64,000 nt of DNA from Nitrospirota bacterium (GCA_963749655.1 CAVVOB010000032.1:64603-128602); one strand, 5' to 3'. Shown: positions 41,681-53,713, counted from the first letter of the stretch. Program-made: numbers and translations. The notes: generated by a model from the sequence alone, not told the origin.

Positions 41681-42454
41681 ATGTCCACCCGTTTCGATGA
41701 GCTCATTGCCCTGATGGCCAGGCTCCGCGGACCGGACGGCTGCCCCTGGGACCGCAAACAGACCCCCGAGTCTCTCAAACCGTTTCTTGTCGAGGAATGC
41801 TATGAAGTGATCGATGCCCTGGAGGAAGGCGGTCCCGGGAACGTAAAGGAGGAACTTGGCGATCTCCTGTTCCAGATCGTCTTTCATGCGCGGATCGCCG
41901 AGGAGCGCGGCCAGTTCACCATGAACGACGTGATCGAGGCCAACCTGGAGAAGATGATCCGCCGTCATCCCCACGTCTTCGGCGACACCCGGTTGAGCAC
42001 GGACCGCGAAGTCCTTGCCAACTGGGAGGAGATCAAGAAGCGGGAAAAAGGATACGAAGCAAGAAAGTCTATCCTCGAAGGAGTGCCGCGGCACCTCCCT
42101 TCGCTCCTCCGCGCCCACAGCCTCCAGGAGCGCGCGGCTCGCGTCGGCTTCGACTGGAGCCGCATTGATGAGGCCCTCCCGAAGCTCGACGAGGAAATCG
42201 CCGAATTCAAGGAGGCCCTTGCGAAGGGCGACTCATCGGAGATCGAAGAAGAGCTGGGCGACATTTTCTTCATGCTCGTCAACATTTCCCGGTTCCTCGA
42301 TGTGAACCCTGAGGACGCTCTCCGGAAGACCATCAGCAAGTTCATCAGCCGGTTCCGGTACATCGAAGAGCGCGCAGCAGACGAGGGGAGATCGTTAAAC
42401 GACATGTCGCTCGATGAGATGGAAAAGCTGTGGCAGGAGTCCAAACGATCCTAG
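41681..42454 (+). CDS. mazG: Nucleoside triphosphate pyrophosphohydrolase
   Basis: LRGPDGCPWDRKQT, EELGDLL, RRHPHVF, second EELGD. Confidence 0.97.
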   Translation: MSTRFDELIALMARLRGPDGCPWDRKQTPESLKPFLVEECYEVIDALEEGGPGNVKEELGDLLFQIVFHARIAEERGQFTMNDVIEANLEKMIRRHPHVFGDTRLSTDREVLANWEEIKKREKGYEARKSILEGVPRHLPSLLRAHSLQERAARVGFDWSRIDEALPKLDEEIAEFKEALAKGDSSEIEEELGDIFFMLVNISRFLDVNPEDALRKTISKFISRFRYIEERAADEGRSLNDMSLDEMEKLWQESKRS

Positions 42455-42552
42455 CTCATGAGAGCGGCCGGCGCACCGGGAAAGTACCGAAAGCGGCCGC
42501 GCAAATACCGTTAATACGACATTACTAACACCCGCATCGTCCCTTCGCGCTC

Positions 42553-44857
42553 TCAGTTACCCTTCCTGCGATTTCTCCGACGCATCAAAACAACAGAACC
42601 CGAACCCAGAATAACCGCTGCCGCGGCAAGCGCCGGATAGGCTGCTGCATAGACAACAGGCGTGAGCGCAAAGCGGGTCATCGCTCTCAAGGCCTCATGC
42701 TCCCCGATAAAAGCGGCGAGCGCCGGAGAGTGACGGTAGTAGAACGACACTGCTTGCCTGCCGAAAAAGTTCGTCAGCAGATAGCGGTCGCGAAACTCCC
42801 GCAGGACCAGCACGTGCGGATCGAGATAGGAGCCGTAGGCCGCTGTTGCGATAAAACACCCGTGTGAACGTTTGGGAGATGACGAGGACGAAGAAGCCGA
42901 AACGGACCCTGAGAGGGCGACTGTCGTCGTGGGAGTCTGTATGTCGTTCGTCGCTATGGAAAGTGCAGCAGATTTGGTCCCTGTTGACGACGGATAAAAG
43001 GTCACCGTAATGGAGCACGAGGTCCCCTTCGCAACCGTGGACCCGCAGGCGCTGCCGTAGGAAAAATACGACTGGCCTGCGCCGCTTAATGAGATGGACT
43101 GGATGGCCAGATCGGCGTTCCCGGAGTTCGACAAGGTCAGCGTTCCCGATACAACAGAGTCACTCAGGCTGAGCGACAAAGGCGTAACGGTTATGACGGG
43201 TGTGATCAGCGCCGCCTGCGATTCGTTTCCCGATGCATCAGCGGCTGTCACGGCATACGTGTCCGTGGACCGGCAACCTCCGTCTGTGTAGGACGTGAAG
43301 TCGGACGTGACGTACGATGTTCTGCTTCCGTTCTTGTAGATGCGGTACAACAATGCGCCGTTGCTTGCATTCCAGCTGAGCGCACAGGTGGAGCGGTCGA
43401 TCGCCAGGCCGGTGGGCGGCAACGGACCGAAGCCGATGGTGAAATTTACGGTGTTGGTGCCGCTGGTACTGATGTTCCGCACGTTCACCCATCCGTAGTC
43501 TGTATAAGGCACGGACGAAGGGCTCGTCATGGGAGTCAGTTTTGTGTTGTTGCTCGATCCAGGGAACGGATCGCCGGAGCTGCCGGTGTCGGTCAGGGAA
43601 CCGGACTGAAGAAGAGCCCAGTCGCCGTCAGCCTCGACAAGCTTTACTCCGAGCCGGGATGGATAATAATTAACCGTATTGCTGTATCGGTTTGCGCTGA
43701 CGATATCGTCGTCAATGAGCCACACAAGCAGTCCCTGCCCCGGAAGTCCTGCGTCAAAACCAATCTTTTGTCTGTTTTCTAAAAGAAAATACTGGCTCTG
43801 TGTGCTTGTTGACGCCTGGGCCTTGTACACGTTAGTTCCCGCAGCTGGACTGGCGGGCGCGGGCACGGACTCGACAGGGCCAAGGGCAACCGACAAGCTT
43901 GTGGTGGCGGTAGAAACGATCTGGGGAGCGACCCACCCTAGGTCGTACAGGCTCCATGCGTCGAGATGGGCCGGTGAGCTGCCGTAGTTTCCGGACGACG
44001 AATTGCTGTTGTAGCTTCCGTCTGCCATGAGCGACCACATGCCTGCCCCAACGCAGTCATAGGATGTGCAGTAGAGGTCGGGCAGGCCGAGCCAGTGACC
44101 GAATTCGTGGACATATACACCGAGGGGATCAATGACCAGACCGTATTTCGACCGTGAATCGGTCTGGGGCATGATGATCGCTTCAGTTATCGTGCCGCTT
44201 TTCAGCGCAGTGGTCAGGCAATTCGTGAGACCCGGCGTTCTGACAGATGGGGCTGCCTCCGGTCCCGTAATACAGGGACCAGATGTCGTCGGGAGTCGAT
44301 CCATAGATGTCCGTTTCCTCACCCACGCCTGCGTGCACGATCAGGACAACATCGTAGTTACTGAAAGCAATATCGGCCGTGGCCGCCGTTACACTGTCGT
44401 AGATAAGGTTCTCGATCGCCGAGTAGGTTTCCGTGCCGTAATGGGACATGTTATAGCTCAGGCGGTACACCTTTGACGACACCTCGATGTTTATCGGCAG
44501 CAGGCCGTAGGAAACTTCCTTCCAATAGTCTACAAATCTGGTCTTTGCCAGGTCGACCCAGTAGTCCGCATCGTTGTTATAAGCATAGGTGCCGTCAGAC
44601 CACTCGCCCGTGCCCTCTGTCTGCGAATCAGAGTCAGGCGGGAAATCAACACGAAGAAAAAGGACGTTGACCGTTGCCGACGGATAGCTCGTCGGCGCGA
44701 GCATCAGGCCGAAAGGCGCGACCCGCGCGAGACGTTCCTTGAGTTTTACGCCGGGGTATTCCGGGGGCTCGGACATCGATGGATTAAAAGGCGGCGCTGC
44801 AATGACAGGCGATGCAAAGATTGCCAACCACAACAACAGAAGTATGATCTTCTTCAA
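42553..44857 (-). CDS. M6-family metalloprotease with Fn3-like and choice-of-anchor domains and CFI-box-CTERM (frameshift near 44220)
   Basis: Signal peptide; YWKEVSYG; VHAG; [13 protein letters not shown]; YFLLENRQ; GDPFPG; [16 protein letters not shown] + TM + RRR. Confidence 0.88.
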
Positions 44858-45013
44858 GGGGATCTCCTGAGGTACAGCGAATTTGTAACGCGCCCGCGGG
44901 CCTTTGCAGGCCAGGCCTATTTTTAATGGAATTGGCCTAGATTATATCCGAAAACCCCTGCTGTCAAGCAGGTTTTCGCCTGTTTCGGAATTTCAGGGAT
45001 GCCGCAAAAACAG

Positions 45014-46438
45014 TCACTCCTCCCGTCCGCCTTCGGGTTTAACGACAACCGTTTTACGATGCGACAATACGACGAGCCCGGGTTTCGCGCCCTTCGGTTT
45101 TTTTACGTAGCGGGCCGGCGTATAGGCGACCGGAACCTTTGTCTCTGTTTTCCCCTTGCTGTGCAGGGCTGCCAGAGAAGCAGCCTTGACAAGGACGTCG
45201 GGCGGGATGTCGCCTTTCGACGGATTCTTCACCAGCACGTGGGACCCCGGGAGGCCTTCGGCGTGGAGCCAGAGGTCATCGGGACGGGCAAGCCGGGTCG
45301 TAAGATGATCATTGCCCGCAGCGCTCCTGCCCAGGATTATCTCCCATCCCTGATACATGATCGTCCTGATTCCCGGCATTGCCCCTTTCGTCTTTTCTTT
45401 AACGCTCCGCGCATTGCGCCCTTTTCGTCCGGTATCGGAAAATTCCGGCCGCAAACGGGACAGACTGTCGGAATCGGCGCTTTTTTCAATCTCAATGAGA
45501 AGCGCTTGAAGGCGCGCGATCTCCTCTTCCGTGTGCCGCAGGCGCACGCTGATAATAGGCCTGCCCGTTCGCGCTTTTTTATATTTTTTGAAGTACCGGT
45601 CGGCGTTCTTCGGCGGCGACAGCGACGGATCGAGCGGAACGGTCAGCCGGGTCCCGTCATATCCTTCGAGTTCGGCGCTCGTGATTCCCGTTTTAAGATT
45701 CTGCAGGTTCGCCAGGACCAAGTCCCCCATCGTCCTGAACTGATCAGCCTGCTCAACGGTCCGGAGGTCCGTCGACAGCGCGGCGCGGCGTCGTTCGGCC
45801 CTCTTGAGCGCCTCGCGTGTAGCTGAGCGGAGCTCTCCCCGGAGCGCCGCTGCCTGCCGTTCTTCCTCAAACTGCCGCGAAAGCGTTTCAGCCGATCGGT
45901 TCGGCGATGAAGCGTCGAATGCGCTCCAGAGGCCGGAATCTTCCCGCGGCCGCTCGGGCTGCGGCACGGGCGGGACATAAAGAGCGCCGGGCAACAGTGT
46001 TCGCGTATGGGAACCGGCGGCCGAGACAGGATGATAGGAGGCGAGAATGCGGGACTCGGCATCGGTCAGGAACATATTCGCCGATGTGCCGGTCAATTCG
46101 AAGAAGAGGCGATACGCCGCGGACGGCCGCGCAAAGTCTAATTCCGCGATGCGGTCTTTGTTGACGAGCCCGATGCGCATGATGCGAGTCCCGACAAGAC
46201 GGCTTTTAAGGTGAAGCAGGAACGGATGAGGCTCGCCGGCGGCCCGCGGTTTCATGCTGACCAGATGCAGAAGCGGCAGGGGCCGCCGGGGCGACAGCAG
46301 GAGGGAAAAGTTTTTTCCCGCGTTCCGCGCCAGAAGGAACACTCCGCCGTCTTCCCGCGGGATGAACCGGTCGACGCGTGCGCCGGTCATGAGCGTCGAG
46401 AGCTCTTCAACGACTGATAAAAGTATCCGATAGTGCAT
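45014..46438 (-). CDS. rqcH: NFACT/Rqc2 ribosome quality-control protein
   Basis: DRI, ELTG, NADRYFKKYKK, GRSAAGND.LT, WLHA..PGSHV, KKPKGAKPG. Confidence 0.88.
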   Translation of the reverse strand: MHYRILLSVVEELSTLMTGARVDRFIPREDGGVFLLARNAGKNFSLLLSPRRPLPLLHLVSMKPRAAGEPHPFLLHLKSRLVGTRIMRIGLVNKDRIAELDFARPSAAYRLFFELTGTSANMFLTDAESRILASYHPVSAAGSHTRTLLPGALYVPPVPQPERPREDSGLWSAFDASSPNRSAETLSRQFEEERQAAALRGELRSATREALKRAERRRAALSTDLRTVEQADQFRTMGDLVLANLQNLKTGITSAELEGYDGTRLTVPLDPSLSPPKNADRYFKKYKKARTGRPIISVRLRHTEEEIARLQALLIEIEKSADSDSLSRLRPEFSDTGRKGRNARSVKEKTKGAMPGIRTIMYQGWEIILGRSAAGNDHLTTRLARPDDLWLHAEGLPGSHVLVKNPSKGDIPPDVLVKAASLAALHSKGKTETKVPVAYTPARYVKKPKGAKPGLVVLSHRKTVVVKPEGGREE

Positions 46439-46489
46439 TCTCTGGGATTGCCCACGGTGACGGCTCGGGCCGGAAGCCGTGCTGCGCGG

Positions 46490-47248
46490 CTACGGCACGT
46501 TCAACAATTTGTGAACCTGGGGAATGACCCGAACATCCGGGATGATGCTGAGAGCGGCATTCTGAAAATTGACGAGCATTCCGGCATCCGGCTGCAGGGA
46601 GCCGCTTGCCGGCTGCAGAACGAGCGGGATGGCGTCATTCCTGCGGGCGATCAGACGCGCCGACGCGAAGATATCTTCAAGGGAGGTATCGCAGGTGACT
46701 ACCGCCTTGACGATCACCGCCGCGTTCCCTGCCGCCTGCAGGAACCGGTCATGCTCGTTCCAAAGCGGACCCAGCCCTGTTGCCGACGGAAGCTTGAAAT
46801 CCATGCTCACCACATCGATCAGCTCTCTGAGGACATAAATGGCATCGGCGCGTACTCCGCCTGTTTCGAGAAAAATGCGAAACCGTACCTTGACCGCGGG
46901 GAGCCACTCAGCCAGAAACAGATGCTGCAGCAGGGGCTCGCCGCCCGTCAGGCTGATCGTGGCGCGTGACGGCCCAGGAACCGCCAGTCGTGAACAGAGC
47001 TCCGTGAGACGGGAGGGAGAGACGGGATTGTTCTGGTGCTCCATGATCGGGGAAGCAGTGCTGGTTGCCTGGGCATTAAAAAAGGTCCCGTCCGAGCCGG
47101 CAACAGACAGCGCTGCAGAAGCGGGCGTATCGCAATAGCGGCAGCGTAGATCGCACCCTTGAAACCGCACGAAAATGTGCCGTTCACCGACCCAGGGCCC
47201 CTCACCCTGAATGGAAGCGAAAATTTCGTTGAGAACTGCTGAGTGCAT
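46490..47248 (-). CDS. queE: 7-carboxy-7-deazaguanine synthase
   Basis: EIFASIQGEG, FVRFQGCDLRCRYCDT, TGGEPL, IPQVHK. Confidence 0.92.
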   Translation of the reverse strand: MHSAVLNEIFASIQGEGPWVGERHIFVRFQGCDLRCRYCDTPASAALSVAGSDGTFFNAQATSTASPIMEHQNNPVSPSRLTELCSRLAVPGPSRATISLTGGEPLLQHLFLAEWLPAVKVRFRIFLETGGVRADAIYVLRELIDVVSMDFKLPSATGLGPLWNEHDRFLQAAGNAAVIVKAVVTCDTSLEDIFASARLIARRNDAIPLVLQPASGSLQPDAGMLVNFQNAALSIIPDVRVIPQVHKLLNVP

Positions 47249-47452
47249 GGCGACATCATACAGAAACGGGCGGTAATTTACAAGGGCGCGGCAGCAAGTT
47301 GCACCGGAAAGCAGATTGAAGAAGGCCGTCGCCACCTGCTAAAGTTTTACTCTTTTTATCCGATAAGAATAGATGAATGAAAGCGCGCATAATCCTTTCT
47401 TCCTTGACAAAGGGCGGTCGACGAGGTTACTATTAACATTAAAGTAGGAGGA

Positions 47453-48798
47453 ATGATGATTTCGCGAAATACCGTTGCATGTCTGGCACTTAGCGCCTCT
47501 CTCCTTTGGCCGTTAAACGGCTTTTCAGCACCCTCTCCATCTCTCCAGTCCGATGCTGCAAATATTCCCTCCCAGCTGAAGCCGCCCTCTGAGGACCTGG
47601 CACAGCTGGATGAATCGATGACGATCTGGCCGAAGAAAAACCCTATCACATCCCGATGATCCTGAACGACAGCGTCGAGAATCAGCTTGAATATTTCAAG
47701 ACGCGCGGGACGGGATGTGTTCCAGCGCTGGCTCGACCGCTCTGCCCGCTACATTCCCGTGATGAAGGACATTTTCCGGGAAAAGAACCTGCCTGAAGAC
47801 CTGGTGTACGTAGCCATGATCGAAAGCGGTTTCAACCCCTATGCCGTTTCCTGGGCAAAGGCCGTGGGTCCGTGGCAGTTCATGCCTGCCACGGGCAAAC
47901 TGTACGGCCTCAGGATCGACTGGTGGATCGATGAACGGAAGGACCCCATCAAGTCAACCCATGGCTGCTGCAGAACACCTGAAAGACCTGCACAACCTCT
48001 TCGGCTCATGGCCTCTGGCCCTTGCATCATACAATGCAGGCGCCGGCAAGGTGCAGCGGGCGGTGCTCAGGACCCGCTCCGAGGATTTCTGGGACCTCAA
48101 GGCGTCGCGGTACATCCGCAGGGAAACCAAGAACTACGTTCCCAAGTACATGGCCGCAACCATCATCGCCAAGAATCCGGACGCTTACGGCTTCAGCGCT
48201 TCCCAGTACGATCCTTTCGTCTTCGACGACCGTTGTCCTGGACGAAAGCACCGATCTCCGGCTGATCGCACGCTGCGCGCGACTGCACCTACGAGGAGCT
48301 CAAGGAACTGAATCCCGAGCTCAAACGGTGGGTGACCCCGCCACATATTGAAAAGTACGCGCTCAGGATTCCCGCGGGAAAGAAGGAAGCCTTCCTGGCA
48401 AACTTTGCCGCCATGTCTCCGGACCAGAAAATCAAGTGGGAGCGGCATGAAGTCAGAAAGGGAGAGACGCTCGACGGCCTGGCAAAGCAGTACAACACGA
48501 CCGCTGCCGCAATCCGCGATGTCAACGGGTTGAACAAGAACCGGATCACACCGGGAAAGCATCTCCTGATTCCTGTCGAAACAGCGGGAAAGATCAGGGA
48601 GCAAGCTACCTCATGCCGGGGCAAGGCAGCAGGCAGCAGGAAATTCTTTATCGCGTCCGGAGGGGTGAAACGCTCGTCAGGATCGCGAAGCGGCACAACG
48701 TGACCGTGGCGGACATCAGGGAATGGAATAAAGAGCTCGGGAAGACGGTTCGGGCCGGACAGCGGATCAAGCTTGTAGTGGATGTTGATCAGATCTGA
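47453..48798 (+). CDS. mltD: MltD-like lytic transglycosylase with LysM domains (multiple frameshifts)
   Basis: LPEDL..MIES, GPWQFMPATG, DERKDP, ASYNAG, ETKNYVPK, LNPEL, VRKGETL, VRRGETL in consecutive frames; TTGACA-N18-TACTAT upstream. Confidence 0.85.
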
Positions 48799-48821
48799 GA
48801 TTTGAAAAGCGGACAAATCAC

Positions 48822-48851
48822 AAAGGCCGGGACCCTGTCCCGGCCTTTTTT
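48822..48851 (+). terminator. Rho-independent terminator
   Basis: AAAGGCCGGGAC-CCT-GTCCCGGCCTTTTTT. Confidence 0.85.
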
Positions 48852-48867
48852 ATTGGCAAAAGAATTC

Positions 48868-48961
48868 ATCGGCAGATTACGCAGATGGACGCAGATGAAG
48901 ACAAAAAGGCAAAAACTGAAGCATCTCTGATTATTCTGCGCAATCTGCGTAATCTGCGGAT
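48868..48961. repeat. 9-nt-period intergenic hairpin repeat
   Basis: GGCAGATTA CGCAGATGGA CGCAGAT ... TTCTGCGCA ATCTGCGTA ATCTGCGGAT. Confidence 0.8.
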
Positions 48962-48987
48962 AAAATTGAGGGCTTTGATTCACTTTC

Positions 48988-49028
48988 TGATTTACCCGTG
49001 TTTATCCGTGTTCATCAGTGGTTAACTG
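48988..49028 (-). repeat. Second copy of the 4919-4959 repeat arm
   Basis: Reverse complement CAGTTAACCACTGATGAACACGGATAAACACGGGTAAATCA; 39/41 identical. Confidence 0.9.
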
Positions 49029-49042
49029 CCTGTTTCAGTTCC

Positions 49043-51635
49043 TCATTCTTTGTCCGGCTGCAGGACATTGTGCAGGGTCTCGCCGAGGTCCCTGATCCGG
49101 TAAGGTTTGGTCACCACGCCCATGAATCCGTACTTCCGGTATTCGGACATGATCGGGTCGTTGGAATAGCCGCTTGAAACGATTGCCTTCACGCCGGGGT
49201 CGCTCTCAAGCAATTTCGCAACCGCCTCCCTGCCCCCCATTCCTCCCGGCACGGTCAGATCCATGATCACGGCATGAAAGGGCTCGCCTGCCTGTCTTGC
49301 GGCGCGGTACAGCTCGATGGCCTGCGCGCCGTCTTCGGCGAATTCAACGGTATACCCAAGGCGCTTGAGCACGTCCCCTGTCGTCTGCCGAACGTCGGCC
49401 TCATCGTCCATGAGAAGGACTTTCCCCGTACCGACGAGTACGCTGGCATCGGCGACTTTTTTCGGCGCTATTGCCGTGCGCGAGGCCGGAAGGTAAATGA
49501 TGAAGGTCGTCCCCCTTCCCAGCTCCGACTCCGCGAGAATATGGCCTCCGTGCTTCTTGATGATCGAATAGGTCGTTGCGAGGCCCAGGCCGCTCCCCTT
49601 CTGCTTCGTCGTAAAATAGGGGTCGAATATCTTCGAAAGATGCTCGTTGGCTATTCCCACACCGAAGTCCTCGACACAGATCTTCACATAATCGCCGCCG
49701 CGCAGCGGGATGCCGGCCGGCTCCCTCAATTCGATGTTCTCACAGCTGATCGTGATGGTGCCCTCCCTCGGGCATGGCATGGTCCGCATTGATGACGAGA
49801 TTGTTGATGACCTGACTGATCTGGCCTTCGTCGACATCGACGAGCCAGAGGTCGTCGGGAAAGGAAAATCGTACCTCACCCGGGAACCCCGGAGCGCGAA
49901 CCCCGCGGACTCCCTGATCAATTCGCTGATGATCGTGGTCCGTTTGACCGGCGTGCCCCCTTTGGAGAAGGTGAGAAGCTGGCGTGTCAGGTCCTGCGCT
50001 CGCAGGGACGCCCGTTCCGCTGCGTCGAGCTGCCTGACGGCGCTGTCTCGAAGGATCGAGGTCCAGCAGCGCAAGAGAAATATTGCCCATGATCGAAGCA
50101 AGCAGGTTGTTGAAGTCGTGGGCAATGCCGCCCGCGAGGATGCCGAGCGATTCGAGCTTCTGCGCCTTGAGAAGCTCCTGTTCCATCCGCTCGCGGTCCG
50201 CTATTTCCCGGCGGAGCTTCTCGTTCGCACCCGACAGCTCGCTCGTGCGCTCCTCGACGAGCTTCATCAGCTGTTCATGGTGCCGTTTCAGGATCTCCTC
50301 GGCCTGCTTTCGCTCGGTGATGTCGCGGATGATGCCGATCATGGCAATAGGCTTTCCCAGTTCGTCCTTTACCAGTGATGTGGCGAGCCAGATTGGAAAA
50401 GCCGTCCCGTCTTTGTGCAGGACCATCACCTCGCCGTTCCACCGTCCATGCTCCCGCATCTGGGGGATGATGACTCGGACGGCAAATTCGTGGTCCGCGT
50501 TCATTTCATTGACATTCCGTCCGGTCAGCTCCTCCGGTGTGAACCCGTAGATCTCTTCCACGGCCTTGTTGGAATACAGGACCGTTCCGTCCAGCTGCAC
50601 GATCTGGATGCCGTCCATGGCCGCTTCGATAGCCTCGGAATATAATTTCAGCTTTTCATTCGCTCTTTTCCGGGGCGTGATATCCCGGACCGCCTCGATG
50701 CCCGCGACGATCTTTCCGGAGGCGTCCTTCAGCGGTGAAGACTTGATCTCGAGGGTCCGTACGTCTCCATTCAGAGGCACGGTCTTCTCCAGAACATGGA
50801 TCTGGCCGTCCTGGAACGTTTCGGCAATCGGACAACCCGGACATACGGCTTCCGCGCGGGCGTAGGCCTGGTAGCAGGTCAGGCCGCGCTTGTCTCCGCC
50901 GAGCGTGTCGCGGTGTACCGCATTCTGGTACTGTATTAAATAATCCCTATCAATGATGCTGATGCCGTCGCCTATCGCTGAAAGGATGGACTCGGACCTG
51001 GCTCTTTCGTCCTCTGCCCACACCATCGCCGTCCGGATTGCCTGTTCCGTTTCCTTCCGTTCCGAAATGTCCCGGCCGATGCCCTGCGTTCCGATCACGT
51101 TGCCTGCTTCGTCCCTCAGCACCCGGATGTTATGGGAAAAATAGATCACCTTGCCGCTCTTGGTAATATAGCGGTTCTCTATGTTGTTCAGCACATCCAC
51201 TTTCGAATTGATCAGCTGCCGGCGTTTTTCCTGCGTATCTTCGCGGTCATCGGGATGGATCGACAGGAGAAAGGACTTGCCGATGATCTCCTCAGGCGTG
51301 CGCTCGAGAATCCGGTAGGCGGCATCGTTCCAGAACATCTGGTTGCCTTCCCGGTCAGCCACATATATGATGTCCGTCGTCAATTCAACGATGTTCTTGT
51401 ATCGGTCTTCGACTGCTTTTTGCCGTTTCTGGACGCGGTTGATGATCAAACCGAAGGTGACGAGGCCTACGGTCACGAAAAGCCGGAAGTAGATCTCATG
51501 TCCGGAAAAATCGAAAAAAGACTCTTTGAATCCTTCATGAAATGCGACGCTGTCGACAACAGCGTCCAGCAACCAGAGGAGCACGGATCCGGCAAGAGAC
51601 AACAGAAATATCTTATATTCGTCTTTAATCTTCAT
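49043..51635 (-). CDS. Membrane-bound PAS hybrid histidine kinase/receiver (frameshifts 49760-50060)
   Basis: 2 TM, three PAS, AGGIAHDFNNLL, NLVINA, FDPYFTTK, GSGLGL, REC (MDDE, MDLTVPG, KPY). Confidence 0.88.
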
Positions 51636-51781
51636 TGCAGTTTTAGTGATAGAGCTGATTACCATAACTAAGGAAAGGCCTACGACATATAATGCAAACT
51701 GAATCCGGCTCTCTGTCAAATGACGTGAATGATTTTGTGAGTGAGAAAATTTTCAGGAACGCGAAAGCTTTAAAACAAATT

Positions 51782-52456
51782 TTACAGCTCCTGAAGCGAT
51801 CCGAGGTTCATACGAAGCATCCGCTTGGTCTGTTTTGCCAGGTCCGTATTATGCGTGACCATGAGGAAGGTGATATCGTCGGCCTCATTCATGGTCCGGA
51901 AAAAGTTCATCATATCCTGCTCCGTCTCCTCATCGAGGTCTCCCGTCGGTTCGTCGGCGAGCATCAGGGACGGGTTGTTCATAAATGCCCGTGCAATCGC
52001 CACGCGCCGTTGCTGTCCTCCGGACAATTGGGCCGGATAGCCGTTGATCTTGTCAACCAGGCCGACCATGCGCAGCAGGTCCTTCGCCTTCTTGCCGCAT
52101 CGCTGTGCGGTCCGCTCCCGGCCTGAAGACCGTGGGCAGCAGAAGGTTCTCTCTGACCGTGAGCATCGGAAGAAGACTGGCGAACTGGAACATGAATCCG
52201 ATCCGTTAGCAGCGGTATTCGGAGATCGGATCGCGTTCGAGCGCGGCGATATCGTCGTCCATCGAACAAGACCTTGCCCGAGGAGGGAGCGGTAATTCCG
52301 CCGATCATGGACAGCAGCGTCGTCTTGCCTGAACCGGAGTGCCCGACGATCGAGATAAAATCGCCCTTTCGATCCGCAGCGAAACCGATCGAACCGCATC
52401 GATGCGTTATCGACGAGGTAGGTCTTGGTGATATTCTCAAGACTGATCTGCGGCAC
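51782..52456 (-). CDS. ABC transporter ATP-binding protein, LolD/MacB-like (frameshifted)
   Basis: GTG start after AGGAG; [29 protein letters not shown] across frames. Confidence 0.85.
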   Translation of the reverse strand: MPQISLENITKTYLVDNASMRFDRFRCGSKGRFYLDRRALRFRQDDAAVHDRRNYRSLLGQGLVRWTTISPRSNAIRSPNTAANGSDSCSSSPVFFRCSRSERTFCCPRSSGRERTAQRCGKKAKDLLRMVGLVDKINGYPAQLSGGQQRRVAIARAFMNNPSLMLADEPTGDLDEETEQDMMNFFRTMNEADDITFLMVTHNTDLAKQTKRMLRMNLGSLQEL

Positions 52457-52458
52457 GA

Positions 52459-53658
52459 TTACTCCTGTTTGATCACGAGCAGGGGTTCCAGCTTTTTGAG
52501 CCGTTGGAGCGGCGACAGCGCCCCCAGCACGCAGATGCCGGTGCCGAACAACAGCCCGACAACAGCAATGAGGACGCGGGTGAACGCGGTGAGGTCTACC
52601 GGGAGGTTCTTCAGGATCGAAAAACTTTGCGCCATGAAAGATCGTCAGCGACGTTCCGGCGACAATGCCGACGATGCTCCCTATTGCCCCGAGCACGAGG
52701 ACCTCAAAGAGGAACAATTTGACCACATGCCGCTCTTTCGCGCCGAGGGCGCGCATGATGCCGACTTCCCGCGTCCGTTCGTTCGCAATGGCGGTGAAGA
52801 TCGCCCACACCAGGAAGAGCGAAAGTATCGTTGAAAGGACCATGGTGAGATAGAAGATCTTGCTGATGTCCCCCAGGGTGGTGATCAGGCTTTTGCCGAT
52901 GTCCTTGCGCATCACCACGTCCACCTCGATGATGTTGTTCTCGATCTCGGACATGACCTTATAGAGGTCTGCATCCTTTTTGATCTTGGCGAAGATCACC
53001 GATATCTGGTCCGGCTTGATTCCGGTATCGCTGTTCTTGATGATCTCTTCGATATTCTCGTCGCTGATAAACACCGCGGTATCGAGGCCCGAGCCGGTCT
53101 TGTCCAGAACGCCGACCATGCTGAACACGCTGCCGAACAGCTTGCCTTCCATCTCCACCAGTCCCAGACTGATATTATAGGCAGACTCGCTGCCGACGAT
53201 GGCCTCCCCTTTGCGGAGCTTCCGCCCCAGCTTTTCCTTCAGCCAGGGCGTCACAATAAAGTCGGTCTCCTGATTAAAAGCAACGACCATGGACGACGGC
53301 ACGGAACAGCAGAAGCCGGTGAGCGTGACCAGATAGGTCTGGTAGCGGAGACCTTATCGATGCCGTCGATCTTTTTGATCCGGTCGAGAAAGGACTTGTT
53401 CATGTAGAAGGACGTGGCGCGGTTCTCGACAAGAATGTCCTCTGCCGCTCCCCGGGCTCCGGTAGGGACGATCAGAAGGTCGGCGCCGAGGCGGTCCGAC
53501 GTCAGTTTGATGCTCGAATTAACGCGCGTGACAAAGGAGAGGGCAAAGACGAGGGCAGCCACCATCAGGGACAGGGCCGCCACGAGGATTCCGGTCCGGA
53601 GAGGACGGCGGCGCAGGTTCCGGAAGGCCATGGATGAGAGCGTAAATTGATCAGACAT
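52459..53658 (-). CDS. MacB/FtsX-type ABC permease with periplasmic Cys-Cys motif (frameshifted)
   Basis: RNLRRRPLRT, RLGADLLIVP, YLVTLTGFCCSVP, ERTREVGIMRALGA. Confidence 0.85.
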
Positions 53659-53677
53659 AAGGGTTTCGTAGACAAAT

Positions 53678-53713
53678 AAAAACCTTCTCTGCGGAATATC
53701 CCGCAGAGAAGGT
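53678..53713 (-). terminator. Intra-cluster Rho-independent terminator
   Basis: ACCTTCTCTGCGG-GATATT-CCGCAGAGAAGGT-TTTT on the minus strand, between the propeller gene and the permease. Confidence 0.8.

Noticed and set aside
48789-48983. 64-aa ORF (PQITQIAQ...ICVHLRNL)
   Set aside because: Translation of the 9-nt-period repeat
51782-53302. Apparent permease-ATPase fusion
   Set aside because: Frameshift artefact; the permease stops at 52459 and the ATPase has its own RBS and GTG at 52456
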